A DNA stretch of 62,635 bases, filler included, from Sphacelaria rigidula (lineage: Eukaryota), in assembly GCA_964200075.2 (NCBI GenBank). It is 10 parts of 10 records of this genome, joined end to end, with 100 filler letters (N's around TTAATTAATTAA, not from the genome) between each part and the next. Parts side by side here need not be neighbours in the genome. Positions count along the whole stretch, not along the records: positions 56,463 to 62,635 come from CAXNAA020021747.1; 9 more parts are not named here. One strand, 5' to 3'. The first letter of the stretch is position 1. Each line of letters begins with the position of its first letter. The translations under genes and the position numbers were made by a program. Below the pieces are notes generated by a model that saw only the letters and a program-made list of their open reading frames with translations, was not told the DNA's origin and did not search any database. Of this stretch, positions 62,201 to 62,635 are shown piece by piece.

Positions 62201-62635
62201 AGCAACCGCCGCGGCTGCCAAAGAACGTTCGGAAGCTAGCAAAAGAGCAGCTTCCGATAGAGCTGAGTCTGCCCGACTAGCTGCAATACAGAGACAGTAT
62301 ATTCAGATGGATGTGAAAAAACTTTGGCACATCAAAACCATGCCTGCCGCGGATAACGAAGATTCGGGCCAGTTTACTTCTGCCCTCATCACGTCCATCC
62401 GCCGCACTGTTTGTAATATCCTTCACTTGGCGGATGTGGCTGGCACACAACGTTTCGAAGACTCAGACTGGGTAGAGGGCTGGCAGACTCCCTTGCACAA
62501 AGCAATGCATCGCTCGATCAGCCGCCGCTCTCCCGACCTCACTGCTTCTTTGACGCAGGTGCTCGACGGGTTCCTCGCCGAGATGGATCCGGATCGTTCC
62601 CAAGGGAAGACAGGCCCGCAATTACTCTCTGATTT
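59220..62635 (+). CDS. Intronless ORF of at least 1138 aa, 3'-incomplete; probably retroelement gag/ORF1
   Basis: Translated codon by codon: ATG at 59220 (in-frame TAA upstream at 59193-59195) and no stop before the window end. S/P/T/H-rich disorder, TYASAV motif, coiled-coil segments and two globular-looking segments. Confidence 0.9.
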   Translation, partial: MSHKNNAGSFPQLGTQSLRWTRSQTTGGSKSFKMTGTPPSTHRRTYASAVRSSGSEDQHSSEAHSSTLEDQTLTPRPLLSRSDLDSENMVVHPAEPLVPDTHVSEPITVDSVAHPSLAPAPPNPDVESGVRIVPSVDSLPLDTRVQLGPATVASTVAPRRLTADNSRDDSVPTKRIASGARDFVTRAASVTDPLRTTLDSPMRPTAQSNVGPAVAAMHAAMQTLHRTSSASSSSPAPALIETFTAFCHATLHVQSPSAHVQFNDDSAPTTPKPVRLATCSATSRPPFVTHDNFNEHESSPSSTSQQRHTRAPDRCRISRLGHDHVSRSSSSKGHSQQSLNSSRASTLPKNIAHGHKYEGSSRHTSNSSRAPKRPVNANHGRTHEDALRPRSSSSRVNSPSNNSDHAPSRISTAQPLSHNHYVRNDNTVHADDIQNIFTDMSPTPESSLAGSDRTSSHKRRQRTDHQPPSRSDAALIRYLQQRLIDLEQQLATATMDTKGTTAAAKPTRETTNAAPTTAAATTTVGTAPSAAATAATTPTPAAAQLSVDTDADSGPTTVPVGDVSVRSPPSVEELPPLGVEHCPAGLLLRLFQDRPRAEQEQLIQDYKRQAPALTRSLLDHQRSADEAAARLLLEEHAAKLKDFQRQASLAQATKTAAHRALQEGETAALMAQRRVREVQEHVRRTTQEADSSMARVTHHQASPPPSADHLLEARPPRQPTPTRSDYVIPRKSDRASSVATTAAPTPSHAPGPAVTARPTTRLQLASHEQVWLSRSVVDYTGLFHRNNHLHCSRHAWNIISQRMLAVIGGYVEQGGFFPDDGVSVITLGQLVLQATIGDSPNLNRYVDTVNKLFAALRAASSSDPAAPLRDDDEDEDGWTTTTFNCRGHEKNHRRDDDDSNGGNSRRRYGGGGSSSGGSGSNRPPRKPKGKHTGGNSSGSSASAWNRSGEALPASGSETSRQVIPRLANVSTRILGLSDTDTPDRPLSSTAARALATAAAAKERSEASKRAASDRAESARLAAIQRQYIQMDVKKLWHIKTMPAADNEDSGQFTSALITSIRRTVCNILHLADVAGTQRFEDSDWVEGWQTPLHKAMHRSISRRSPDLTASLTQVLDGFLAEMDPDRSQGKTGPQLLSD

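Noticed and set aside
59408..62242. Short ORFs listed in the track for this region
   Set aside because: They are alternative-frame or antisense shadows of the single long plus-strand ORF starting at 59220.

Overview
This is eukaryotic, repeat-rich DNA, most likely from a brown alga (Phaeophyceae). That assignment is inferred from the GT-AG multi-exon genes, the transposon types and the TTAGGG repeats. It is not one locus. It is ten unrelated contigs of 6173-6174 bp, apparently sorted by length and joined by artificial 100-bp spacers (44 N + TTAATTAATTAA + 44 N), so adjacency across spacers means nothing. Host genes: the 5' exons of UTP20 and KIN17, three spliced exons of a DEG/ENaC-like channel candidate not visible as one ORF, and a few unassigned exons. 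Mobile DNA: a decayed Ty1/copia element with its 3' LTR, a decayed DIRS-type tyrosine-recombinase retroelement carrying a nested solo LTR and a SINE head, tRNA-derived SINEs, LINE/SINE tails, Helitron-like remnants and many MITE/foldback elements. Three of these have perfect 8-bp target-site duplications (TSDs) and one encloses telomeric repeats. An intronless ORF of at least 1138 codons (59220 to the window end) is missing from the ORF track and lies downstream of a candidate LTR.
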